A stretch of 64,000 nucleotides of DNA. Origin: Octopus sinensis. Its lineage: Eukaryota. The translations under genes were made by a program, and so were the position numbers. The notes below the pieces were generated by a model. The model saw only the letters and a program-made list of their open reading frames with translations, was not told where the DNA came from and made no database searches. How positions within the stretch are numbered: the first letter of the stretch is position 1; each line of letters begins with the position of its first letter. Where the stretch lies: positions 39,742,001 through 39,806,000 of the forward strand of contig NC_042997.1 in NCBI RefSeq assembly GCF_006345805.1, given 5' to 3'. This document shows, one piece after another, positions 25,106 to 36,689 of the stretch.

Positions 25106-25983
25106 TACAGGGTGCAGTGAATAAACTGTCATCTAAATTAAGCAAAAATGAAAATAACATTGACATCTTATTTTAACAGATATATTTACAAAAATTACAT
25201 AAAAATATCTTAAAATACTGAAGAGTGAATTTATTCAATAAAATCGCCATTGGCTTCAACCATGGCCTCCACTCGACTTCAGAATCTTCTGTAACTCATT
25301 TGGACAGTCTCCTTGTTTAAGTTGATGAATGCTGCCACAATCCTTGCCTTCATTTCATCTTTGATTTTACAAGAAGTTTGTTGGTCTCTTACTCAACTGC
25401 ACCCCACTCTTAATAATCAAGGGGGTTGCAGTCTGGAGAATTAGGTGGCCAGATGTTAGGGGTGATGTGGTCGCAGAAATTGTCTGACAGCTATGACTGA
25501 GCTCTCCTGCATGTGTAGCATGGTGCAGAGTCCTGTTGCCAGACATAGGGTCTTCCAGCTGCCATTCTCTTGACCCAAGGCAGCACAACCTCCTCCAGGC
25601 ACTTGATGTAGGCCTCTGTGTTGAGTCTGAGGTCGTGTGGGAAGATGAATGGAGGCATAGCATCGCCATCACTGGTGATCACTCCAAACACCATGATGTT
25701 GACTAGATGTTTGATTTTTATAGATATCCTCAGATTGCACTGTCTCCAGATTGACATTAAAACACTCTGAAATGTTCATATTAGAGCTTCCAGCATGAAT
25801 ACCAAGCAGTACGGCATGTCATTTCCAAATTTCTGGCAAAAGTGAATTGTGTCATGGTGTTGTTTTTCTCACAGACGGTGCCCAACTGACCCTACTATAC
25901 TGTGTAGTCAACAAAATCGAAAACAAACAATGTGCATGCATGAAATTAAAAGTATAAAATGGTAACAATTTATCCATCGCACC

Positions 25984-25988
<5 letters not shown>
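25106..25988 (-). mobile_element. Internally deleted maT (DD37D) transposon with both TIRs
   Basis: TA-CAGGGTGC...GCACCCTG-TA. QQD-SAPCYTCRRAQS*LSDNFCDHITPNIWPPNSPDCNPL-D gives 37 residues between the last two Asp. Confidence 0.92.
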
Positions 25989-26019
<31 letters not shown>

Positions 26020-26022
<3 letters not shown>

Positions 26023-26307
26023 CCTCGTCTGGCACCTGTGTTGGTGGCACATAAAAAACACCATCCGAGCGTGGCCGTCTGCCAGCCTCGTCTGGCACCT
26101 GTGTCGGTGGCACATAAAATCACCCACTACACTCTCGGAGTGGTTGGCGTTAGGAAGGGCATCCAGCTGTAGAAACACTGCCAGATCTGACTGGCCTGGT
26201 GCAGCCTTCGGGCTTGCCAGACCCCAGTCGAACCGTCCAACCCATGCTAGCATGGAAAGCGGACGTTAAACGATGATGATGATGATGACGATGATATATA
26301 TATATAT

Positions 26308-26340
<33 letters not shown>

Positions 26341-26500
26341 GTATATATTTATATACACATACATACATATATGCATATAACACTGCCAGATCAGACTGGG
26401 CCTGGCGCAGCCTTTTGGCTTCCCAGACCCCAGTTGAGCCGTCCAATTCATGCTAGCATGGAAAACGGACGTTAAACGATGATGATGATGATGATGATAT
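26020..26500 (+). mobile_element. Two family-R 3' ends (26020-26295 and 26379-26500) in a TA array
   Basis: Two conserved termini, each with a (GAT)n tail. Confidence 0.85.
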
Positions 26501-27269
26501 ATATATATATATATATATAGATGTATTGTATGTATGTATGTATGTGTGTGAATGTGTGTGTGTGTATGTACGGCTGTATGACAAAGAAGTTTGCTTCTCA
26601 ATGATTATAAATTTAGATAATTCAACAATTTTGTTGAATAATCATTGCTGATGCGGACCAGCACTAGTTTTCTCAGAATCTGTTTTCTTTATTATGTATA
26701 TACTTTCTGTTATAAATACTCCTTTTGTTTCATGAACTACAGCCTTCAATGAGACAATAATTGTTTTTATTATTTACTAATCTTTTTTTTTTATTTCAAA
26801 GAAATCATTGTAAGCTTATTTAGTCATATCTAAATAGGTTTATAATTTGGATAATTATTTTTCATGTTACTTGCAATATAATAATAAAAAAAAACATGGC
26901 ACAAAGCATTGTAGATGTAATGAAAATGCTTTCTCATGAAAAAGCAGATTTTAATGTAAATAATCCTGTTTTAACATTAGTTTATTAAGCTCATTGATAA
27001 TGTGTAGGACAGACTTCCTGCCACAGTTCTTGCACTTTTCAATGATATATCTTATGTTTATATCTGATTTTGACATGTATTTCCTCTTTGTATACAATTC
27101 TTTACTGCTTAACGGAAAATATTTGGTGCCTTTGCCTTTTGGTTTTATGCTTGTATTGTTTTGAAAATGTGATTAGCTGATAATTTTATTTATTAAAATA
27201 CATGTATGGAAATGATAATTAATGTAGTTTTTTTTCTTTTTTTTTTGATATTGCTGGATTCCAACAGCT

Positions 27270-27750
27270 CCATAATGTTGATGGATGTTGATAGTTCTAT
27301 AAAGGAGTGTCGTTCACTCAAAGTGGATGGAATTCATGGAAGAGGGAGGCCCAGGAAGACATGGGACAGAGTATGAAGGATAACCTCAGAATGCTGAACT
27401 TTTCAGATGAGATGACAAAGGACTGAGATACTCAAGAAGACCCGTCCTCCACAGCAGAAGTATTAAGACCACACCCCCTGGTGAAGAGGATTGGCCAGCA
27501 AGAGTCCTGTGCCAGTGTCACAAAAAGTACTTGTAATTGTGTCATGTAAAAGCACTTGTACCAGTGCCATGTTAAAAGTACCCAGCACATACTGTAGAAT
27601 GGTTGGCATTAGAAAGAGCATCCAGCCATAGAAACCAAGGCAAATCAGAATGGAACCTGGTGCAGCTTTCCAGTTTCCCAGCACTGGTTAAACTGTCCAA
27701 CCCATCCCAGCATGGAAAACGGACATTAGAGGATGATGATGGTGATGATG
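27270..27750 (+). mobile_element. Older RTE subfamily 3' end (ORF end plus UTR)
   Basis: IKECRSLKVDGIHGRGRPRKTWD, then a diverged family-R-like terminus. Confidence 0.75.
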
Positions 27751-28338
27751 TTATTTCAAATTTATATATATATATATATATATATAAATGCTTCAGTTGA
27801 TTGTTGTTCTTTAGCTGAGTAATTTCTTTCAGTTGAATCTGGTTTAACTGAGAAAATTTAATTTTAAAAATTCTGAACCATTACAATACCTACAGTATAC
27901 AGTAATAATTTATTATTTCTAATAAAGGAGATAAGTTTGCAGAATTCTTACTGCACTACACAAAAATGCTTATTGGTGCTTCATCTGATTCATTGTATTC
28001 TGAATTCAAATTCCGTCAAGGTTGACTTTGCCTTTCATCCTTTCAGGATTGAAAAATAAGTACCAGTTGAGGTCGATCTAACTGACAAACACCCTCCTCT
28101 AAAATTTCAAGCTTTGTACTTAGAGTAGAAAGTATTATTAATTATCAAATTTAACAATTCAAGTAATGTTAAACCATCACAATACTTTCTTTACTGAGGA
28201 AATTCAGTAAAATTCTCATGCACTAAATTTTAGTTAGTTTAATCTCATCATTAAAAACACATTTCTTTCCATTAGGGTCTAGATAACCATTTGTAATACA
28301 TGCCACATGTTTCATAGATTAAGAAGATTCAATATAAC

Positions 28339-28600
28339 AGGGATTCTCAAACTGGGTACAGACACCCCTAAGGGTGCATACAAGAAATTATGGGAGAATG
28401 TGAGGCTTGTAAAACCAACTAAATTTAGCTTGTATGTCTAGAAAGTCTGTAAAGCGCCGTTTACTGCTTCCATACTCTTATTGTAGTGAACAAGGGTTTT
28501 CAGCAATGTTTATAAGCAAAAACGAATTTTGTGCAAGATTGTCAATAGTGAATACGTAGGTGTACCATTCTGAAGTTTTTACTGAGAAATGAGATACTTA
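28339..28600 (+). mobile_element. hAT (Charlie-like) remnant
   Basis: Starts CAGGGATTCTCAAACTGG; LLPYSYCSEQGFSAM resembles the hAT dimerisation motif (LLPF..TYLCE.GFSA). Confidence 0.4.
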
Positions 28601-28824
28601 TATGCAAGGACCAAGTTTTATATAAGGGCCCTTTATTTAAAAATGTAGCATTAATTCAAATGAAATTGATTTTTAACATAATCACAAAATCAGAAATTTT
28701 AGGGGAGGGAACAATCAATTATATTGATCTTCCTACTTCAGTGTTTTTTTTATTTCATTGACCACAGAAGCACGAAGGATTTAAAATCTTTAAATTAAAT
28801 TAAATTAAATTAAGTTAAATTAAA

Positions 28825-29137
28825 GTGGAGGCACAATGGCCCAGTGGTTAGGGCAGCAGACTCACAGTCAGAGGATCACGGTTTTGATTCCCAGACCAGA
28901 CGTTGTGTGTGTTTATTGAGCGAAAACATCTAAAGCGTCACGAGGCTCTGGCAGGGGGTGGTGGTGACCCCTGTTGTACTCTTTCACCCCAACTTTCTCT
29001 CACTCTTTCTTCCTGTTTCTTGGGTAACACTGTGATGGAATGGCGTCCCATCCAGCTGGGGGGAACACATACACCACAGAAACCGGGAAACCGGGCCCAT
29101 GAGCCTGGCTAGGCTTGAAAAGGGCACTAAAAAAAAA
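28825..29137 (+). mobile_element. tRNA-derived SINE, body A + tail Y
   Basis: Matches the 5059-5443 element up to CTTCCTGTTTCT, then switches to GGGTAACACTGTGATGG...CATCCAG...GAAACCGGGAAACCGGG and poly-A; probable TSD AAGTTRAATTAAA. Confidence 0.85.
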
Positions 29138-30052
29138 GTTGAATTAAACCAATAACAAATAATACATATTCTTATTGTCTGTTCTCTGGGTCCTAACCAT
29201 TTTACACAAGGGGCATGCCATCACTGTTGAACAAGAAGAAAGGGTACACCAGAAGAAGAATTTTGAGAACCCTTGCCACGTAGAATTTACAACATATTTC
29301 AATGCTTTACTTGATTAATCATTTTCTTTCAAATCAGAAATGTTAATTTTACACAAATATTCAGTTTACTAGATATACAAATTTATTAATATTCAAAGTA
29401 TCAGTTTGCTTCTCATGTCATCCCTACATTGATATTCTTGTTATTTCTTGATATATTTTCTGCATTTGAATAACTTGTAACTACTAAAGCAATTCTCTCT
29501 AAGATTACTGGTTGACGACCTAATTATTACTCGTTAACCTAGTTACCACTTGACTTTCTAGTTATAATTGGCAATCTACTTCTGACATTTCAATATTTTC
29601 CAGGGTGCTCTTATGACACTTCAGGTTCAAAAATTGTAATTTGCTTATCTACATTAACAAAATCCAATTCAAAGCATGATTTGTGATTTGAATGGAAGAA
29701 AAACTTTTGAAAGACAAATTTAGTTCAAATATACATAAATTTAACAGCTTCTTATAAAGCTAGATTTATAAGTTCAAAAATTGCAGATTAATTTGTCAGT
29801 GGGCAGTTTATCTTAATGGTAAAGCACTATGACTGGTAATCACAGGGATGTGAGTTCGAGTCTCATGGCTGGCTGCTGGCAAATTTTCCTACAATAATAT
29901 GGATTCTTTATCCTGTTCCTGCTATTCTGTTAGGATTATTCTGTGTTTGAGAATTAATTATTTCTGTATCTTTCAATACATAATCATTGAAACTGCTAAG
30001 TTCCATCAACCAGAATTCTGTTAGAGATTGACGATGTTGGCACATGACTCAC

Positions 30053-30306
30053 CAACTATATCTCTGGTAGATATTGTGGGATGACGACAACAGCTGAGGA
30101 GCTGAACGGAACTTGGGGCTGACTGGAAGAGGAAGGGGCAGAAGTGATGCATGCGCAGGCAGGGCAGTATTGAGCCTTTTCGATCGAGGTAGCCGAGGGA
30201 GTTGGACGTGTGAGCGCTTTGTTAAGGTAGGGGAAAAGTAGCTGCTATTTCTAGTGTTCAGGTCGGGCCACGTTGAAGGGTGCATTACCACTGGGGAGGT
30301 CTCCAT
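30053..30306 (-). CDS. Candidate first coding exon of a host gene (84 aa + 2 nt, Ser/Pro-rich N-terminus METSPVVMHPSTWPDL...SHNIYQRYS)
   Basis: 254-nt open frame in non-repetitive, CpG-containing sequence, ending exactly at a consensus donor TTG|GTGAGT; possible upstream acceptor TACAG| at 30365. Product unidentified. Confidence 0.6.
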
Positions 30307-30624
30307 CGACGAAGAGAAGGCAGGTGTCCTTATTTCAAATCTCCCACATACACCACAGATATCACTGTATCAACATGAACACAATTCATTCAATTATGGA
30401 TGATGTCAGTGAAACACTGACCACTTGGATCTCTGGTAAAACGGGATGTCCATCAGCAAATTGTTTTGTGTTTCTTTTTCCCTTCACAGAAACATTGCTT
30501 ATAAACAGAACTGTCTCTCTCTCTCTCTGTTAGCTGCCAGTGACAGAACATGTTTTAAGCTGGTCAGTTGCAAAAGTGGTCATAGCAGTCAAAACCAATG
30601 GAATGACAATGTCACCGATACAGC

Positions 30625-30852
30625 ATAACCCTTTCAATACCAACCTGGCTGAAACTGTCTGTGGCTCTGAGTACAAATGTCTTGTTTTCATAAGTTTTGA
30701 ATTAAAATCTTCCACCAAACCTAAGTCACAATTTATGTTCCTAACACTAGCTGAATGATAACTAAGTTATTTTACTAAATTCTTTGTTACATTTAAAATA
30801 ATTGAAGGAAACACAGAGCATCTCAACAGAAATACTGTTATGAAAGGGTTAA
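30625..30852 (+). mobile_element. TTAA-type MITE
   Basis: ATAA-CCCTTTC...GAAAGGG-TTAA. Confidence 0.85.
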
Positions 30853-31081
30853 ATCATGCCACTGCTAAAATAATACAGCAATGGCTTCAGTCATTCTTGA
30901 CTACAACCTCTCAAACAAACTGTGAATTATTACCTTGGTATAAACATCTTTTAGTCATTTGGTTGTAATGACCATACATTGTTTTGTTTAATACTAGGGT
31001 AGATATTTTTGTATTTAAAATTTCTAATAGAACTTATGTTCTTGCATTCATTGATATCAATTCAACCCAAACATATTGTTT

Positions 31082-31468
31082 GGATGGAAGCACTCCGTCG
31101 GTTACGACGATGAGGGTTCCGGTTGATCCGAATCAACGGAACAGCCTGCTCGTGAAATTAACGTGTAAGTGGCTGAGCACTCCATAGACATGTGCACCCT
31201 TAACGTAGTTCTCGGATATTCAGCGTGACACAGAGAGTGACAAGGCTGGCCCCTTGAAATACAGGTACAACAGAAACAGGAAGTAAGAGTGAGAGAAAGT
31301 TGTGGTGAAAGAGTACAGCAGGGATCACCACCATCCCCTGCCGGAGCCTCGTGGAGCTTTAGGTGTTTTCGCTCAATAAACACTCACAACGCCCGGTCTA
31401 GGAATCGAAACCGCGATCCTATGACCGCGAGTCCGCTGCCCTAACCACTGGGCCATTGCGCCTCCACT
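31082..31468 (-). mobile_element. tRNA-derived SINE, body A + tail X
   Basis: Near-identical to 5059-5443; 12-bp TSD AACATATTGTTT. Confidence 0.9.
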
Positions 31469-31532
31469 AACATATTGTTTACTGGTGACAACACAAAACA
31501 GAAATATCGTATCATTATCTACATATATTTGT

Positions 31533-31578
<46 letters not shown>

Positions 31579-31739
31579 ATAACTGTGAGTTGTATATGTA
31601 TATACATGCATGTATACACACATACACATATATGTAAATAGACTGGATGTTGCCTGTTGAAAGGCTATGTAGGTAACTAGGTAATTAAAATCACATTATA
31701 TTCTCATGTAAATGCATATGGATGTATTGTATCAATAGT

Positions 31740-33060
31740 GCTTGTAAAATTACAAGCAAAGAAAATGTCAAAAGATAAGAACTATGGAGTTACTCAATCT
31801 TTCAAAATTTCAATTGGGTGGTGCTAGAGATTCTTCAGAATACATTCTTTAGCTCTACATCAGAAAATAAAAATTTCTTAGAAGTTTCCATTTGATTTGG
31901 CTGATAAAGTTGCACAGTTTCATAGCTTTATAATAAAACTGAGAAAGCAACTGTTTTTCTTGACATACCAGAGAAGAGAATATTGGGTAAAATAGAAATT
32001 TAAAACTGTTTATGTTGGAACAACAGGGCATGAAAATACCTTAGACTGCAGTTTTGTGCTATTTAGATGAAGGAAGCAAATGAGATTACTTGAATATTTT
32101 CAAAAGAAAGACAATTTCAAAGAGTGGAAAATTTCCTTCTACAGTTATTGTTAGCTACCCTAATTTTTGGATGACTGAGAAAGGCATGAGTTAATATCTA
32201 AGAGACATATGGAATAACTACACTGGTGTACTTTCAAAGAAACCTCCAGGTTGGTGTGAGACCAGATTAGAGATTACTTTGATGGGCCTGGAAAATACAA
32301 ACACATATTGAAAGATATGAAAACTCATCAAATTCATTATGGGATTTGATAAGAATTCTGCCTCTAAATGTTCTTTTAGAATAAACCATTTAAAAATGAT
32401 GATAAATCTCAGAGCGAGTTATAAACAGTAGCGGTAACACATCGTGACGCATATTTGCCATTTGAAATACTGAGAGGACACAGATAGTGTGTCTATAGCC
32501 AGCTGGAGGAGATATCTTCCTGGGGCTACAAACTACAGTAGCATCCACCCTTAGGGGTTAGCCATATTCAAATGGCAAATATGCATTTAAAAATGGAGTT
32601 TGGAAATTTTAGATAGCATGTAAGTACTAGTTAGCATGGAAGTCATCTGATGGAGAGGAAAACTACAGGGGGTAATCTCAAAAACCCTTTCCTTGCTACT
32701 GTTGCTATTTGGTTTAAAAGCAGTTTGGAGTGCTTTACCCAAACATATGGTTTCCGAGATCTTTTAAAGACTGGCATCAGTAATAAATTGGATGGAATGA
32801 AGGATAACCTGCTATGGGATTACCAGAAAGAAAATACAGACTCAGACACACTGCAGGTTTAGATGAAGATGATGTAATTATAGAACGGAGCACTCGTGAA
32901 AAGCTGAATCAAGAAGCACTATTGGAATTGCTTGGAGAATTCTATTATGAATCATACTTTGATGGTTTTTCAATGATTAATTCATCTTATGAGAAAAGAC
33001 CATTTTTTGAAAAACTGAACTATAATATTCACTTATTACCTTTTAAGTAAACATAGACCA
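31740..33060 (+). pseudogene. pogo-family (POGK-like) transposase remnant
   Basis: GWC*RFFRIHSL...S*KFPFDLADKVAQFH...KTVYVGTTGHE...IFKRKT...WMTEKGM...NKPFK...GGNLKNP...KTGISNKLDGMKDNLLW; multiple stops and frameshifts. Confidence 0.8.
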
Positions 33061-33333
33061 CTTTCTGCAGCAAATTCAAAACAACTGTATTTCACAAATA
33101 AAAGTTAATGCAATTAAACCATTATTCTGGGGTATTTTTTTTACATCTGTTGCCTCATTTCAGCTACCCCATTACCACCCCGCTTTTCTTCAATGCCTTC
33201 CTGAGTCTTTTCCACCGCCCCCCAGGTGGGTAGTACTGCCCACTTTGGGAACCACTGATCTAACCCATGCTAGCATGGAAAGTGAATGTATGATGATGAT
33301 GATGATGATGATGATATGCATATATATATCTAA

Positions 33334-33367
<34 letters not shown>

Positions 33368-33581
33368 TTAGCTCAATTCTTTAGCATTCAAATTGCTCAG
33401 TCAAATGTAATGCTTATTTATCTATGCTATAATGAATTAATCTTGCATTATCTTATAGCTGCCAGATGTTGATGATGTGATTGTTTATTATTCGAATGAC
33501 ATTGGAGAATAGGTGCGAAAGATTGGATCTGGCCAGTTTTAACATAAAACAGGCAGAATATCTGAGCCAAATATGACTTGT

Positions 33582-33809
33582 TTAACCCTTTTGTTACTGT
33601 ATTTATTTTGAGATATTCTGTGTTTCTTTCAATTACTTTAAATGTAACAAAGAATTTAGTAAAATAACTTAGTTATCATTCAGCTAGTGTTAGGAACATA
33701 AATTGTGACTAAGGCTTGGTGGAAGATTTCAATTCAAAACTTATGAAAACAAGACATCTGTACTTAGAGGCAGAGCTGGTTTCAGTCAGGTTGGTAACAA
33801 AAGGGTTAA
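33582..33809 (-). mobile_element. TTAA-type MITE (another partial copy at 34065-34158)
   Basis: TTAA-CCCTTTTGTTAC...GTAACAAAAGGG-TTAA. Confidence 0.85.
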
Positions 33810-35091
33810 TCTCATCCATTTTTTTCTCTTTCTGTCACTAGGTATTTTGTTCAATCCCTACTTCTTAGACCTGTGACTGTCTGGAATCTCCACCTGTGTT
33901 TTTCCTACAGATACCAATCTACAGTTATTCAAGCTAATCTTTAACCACATCAATCTCAGCTGCCTGGGAGAACCTATTTATCTTATAAAAATCTGTAAAG
34001 CACACTTTAAAGAAAGCATTAGATTGACAATATGAATTAATATAGTTAAGTGGTCAAATTGTTAGATTGGAAGATTTTAATTCAAAACTTATGAAAACAA
34101 GACATTTGTACTCAGAGCCAGAGCCTGTTTCAGCCGGGTTGGTAACGAAAGGGTTAAATGATAAAGGGTTAAAGTACCAAATTTAAACTTAAAGTGACTG
34201 AATTTGTTGAAAAAAAGCAAAAAAAAAACAAAAACAACCACTCTGCAAAAAAAAACCCAAACAATAATGGTGCAGTTTGTAGGAAATTTAGCATTGTTAA
34301 AAAGTAACATTAGGCTCTAGAGAAAGGTCAAAGCCCAACAACAGAAAATGTCAAACAGTAAATAACTATCTAGAACTGGAAAAACAATTGGCTGAATAGC
34401 AGAAGATGGGTATATATATTATAACAACATTGCATGTTCTGCTTGAGGTAAGAAGAAGCTAAATCAAGAAAAATACCTGGAGTTATTCAGAGAATCAGTT
34501 GATGAATCATAGTTTGTTGTTGTTTTTTTTTTGTGAGTAATAAACTCATTTATGAACAATGAATGACCTTTTTTTAACCTGTGCCGCAGCCTTCACTCAA
34601 TAGCTTTTAGGTAAAAAGCTACTGAGCAAAAGCAGGAATCATGCCAACTTTAGTATTTGTGTTGTAGTGTTTTATAAAAGATGTTGTGCTTTGTGCGTGT
34701 GTGTGATATGTATGTGTGTGTGTGTGTATGTATGTCATTCAGTTTTATTTCAAGATTTCTTGCCAATAGCGAAAGAGCCGGTTTCTAACCAAGATCCAAG
34801 GCTCTTTCATTGGAATTTCAACAACATCAACAGGGTATATTTGTATGTATGTATGTATGTATGTATGTATGTATGTATGTATGTATGTATATATATATAT
34901 ACATGTGTGTGTGTATATGTATGTATGTATGTGTGTATGTATGTATGTATGTATGTATGTATGTATGTATGTATGTATGTATGTATGTATGTGTGTATGT
35001 TGTGAGTATATGTATGTGTATGTTAAATAAACTGAGACAACAAAGCCAAGGCTGTGTGGAATTTTCAGGACATTTATAAAGAGGAAGTTAG

Positions 35092-35139
35092 GTCTTACAC
35101 CTGTTTCTGGGATGTTAGGGATATCCCTTCATCAGAGGC
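35092..35139 (-). ncRNA. Type I minimal hammerhead ribozyme motif (Penelope-type)
   Basis: GCCT-CTGATGA-A-GGGATATCCCTAACATCCC-A-GAAAC-AGGT-GTA-AGAC. Confidence 0.65.
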
Positions 35140-35447
35140 GATGCGAGATGGTTAAATAGAAGGAAATAGTAGAGTTGAATATAAGGAGTTATTTTTGAAA
35201 AGAAGTAAATAAGAAGTATAAAGAGAAGTAAGAGCATGAAAGTAAAAATAAAAATATATGTTGGATATTATAGTTGCAGTTCCAATATCCAAGGAAAGTG
35301 GTGTGTAGAAGGGGTAGAAATGCTTCCTGTCCGTGGTATGTAAATTCCGATAGGAGTTCATGTTTTCTCATTACAAATGGAAAGTGTGGAGATGTAGATT
35401 CCATGTGCTGTACATTCAAAGGGGTCTTGAATGAACCATCTCACATC

Positions 35448-35496
35448 GTCTCTGATGAAGGGATATCCCTAATATCCCAGAAACAGTTGTAAGAAC
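35448..35496 (+). ncRNA. Type I minimal hammerhead ribozyme motif (Penelope-type)
   Basis: GTCT-CTGATGA-A-GGGATAT-CCCTA-ATATCCC-A-GAAAC-AGTT-GTA-AGA; 7-bp stem II; stem I TCT/AGA. Confidence 0.7.
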
Positions 35497-35742
35497 AACT
35501 TTCTCTTTATAAATGTCCTGAAAATTCCACACAGCCATGGCTTTGTTGTCTCATTTTATTAAACATATACATGCTCATAGAAGACCCGCATTAGACTCTT
35601 CATTTGTATTATTATTGAACCAAGAGTTTAATTACAGTCCTTCCATAGCACTCAAATAGCCTTACCTGCCACCTTGAGTCTTCTGGATACCAATACCTCT
35701 CATATATATACATATACATATACATATACATACATACATACA

Positions 35743-35803
<61 letters not shown>

Positions 35804-35960
35804 CGGACGTTAAATGATGATGATGATGATATATATATAGTAGTTGAATGAATTATCTTATTATGGATAATTCGGTTAACCGATACCTGGGTAGCAAATT
35901 CACGTCAAATTCCGTGTGGGCAGTCATCTAAAAGTTTTTGTACATCTTGATGCTGACATA

Positions 35961-36047
35961 AGTTCCTTGTTTTTCCTGATGCACCCCTTATTCCTTCGAA
36001 ATTAGGAATATGCAGCCTTCGAAACATATGTCGAAAATAAAGGAATT
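35961..36047 (+). ncRNA. Hammerhead-like motif with long stem I and altered core
   Basis: TTCCTTGTTTTTC-CTGATGC...GAAAC-ATAT-GTC-GAAAATAAAGGAA: 11 of 13 stem I pairs, palindromic stem III ACATATGT, GUC triplet. Confidence 0.55.
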
Positions 36048-36097
36048 TTGTTAATTCGTCGTTCAACTCCATTCTTTCATTTATTTGTATTTAAAAA

Positions 36098-36130
<33 letters not shown>

Positions 36131-36689
36131 TATATTAAGGGCATTACTATACATAAATGCCTCATGCTAGGAGGGACTCTTAAAGTCAAAACTACTATAA
36201 TGACCACATTGTACCGAATGTGAGGGAATACAACTCTTGAAGCGAGCCTCCTAAAAACAGACTCAGCTGCATATCATATGATTTTGTAATTAGTGCACAA
36301 AATGCACTTTTTACTCATCAGTGCAAGCATAGCCAAGACATATAAAAATAAACAAACAAATCAACATACCAGACGAACACCACATGTATCCAGCATAGTA
36401 CATATAAATTGTTTACATTTATATATATCTATGTAAGAGGTGTTTTCTTCCCATTAGTGTTTTCTTCCAATTAGGAAGGGCACCAAGCCACAGGAATCAT
36501 ACATTGGGGCTTGACACAGTCCTCCTGTTTGTTGGATCCTGTCTAACCAGCTATCCCATGCTAGCATGAAAGACAGCCATTAAATAATGAGGATGATCAT
36601 GATGATTATATATATATAATAAAACTTACTTGGAAGAGGATGTGTGGCGTTCAATCATATAATAATATAAATAATATATATATATATAT

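Larger units (their letters stand above)
35015..35700 (-). mobile_element. Penelope-like element remnant with inverted terminal (pseudo-LTR) repeat
   Basis: ~140-bp inverted arms at 35015-35153 and 35434-35570, each carrying a hammerhead motif; 35600-35690 reads RLFECYGRTVIKTLGSIIN on the minus strand, a weak match to a GIY-YIG C-terminus. Confidence 0.65.

Noticed and set aside
32650-33050. Two protein-like ORFs suggesting a host gene
   Set aside because: They are the C-terminus of the degenerate pogo transposase.
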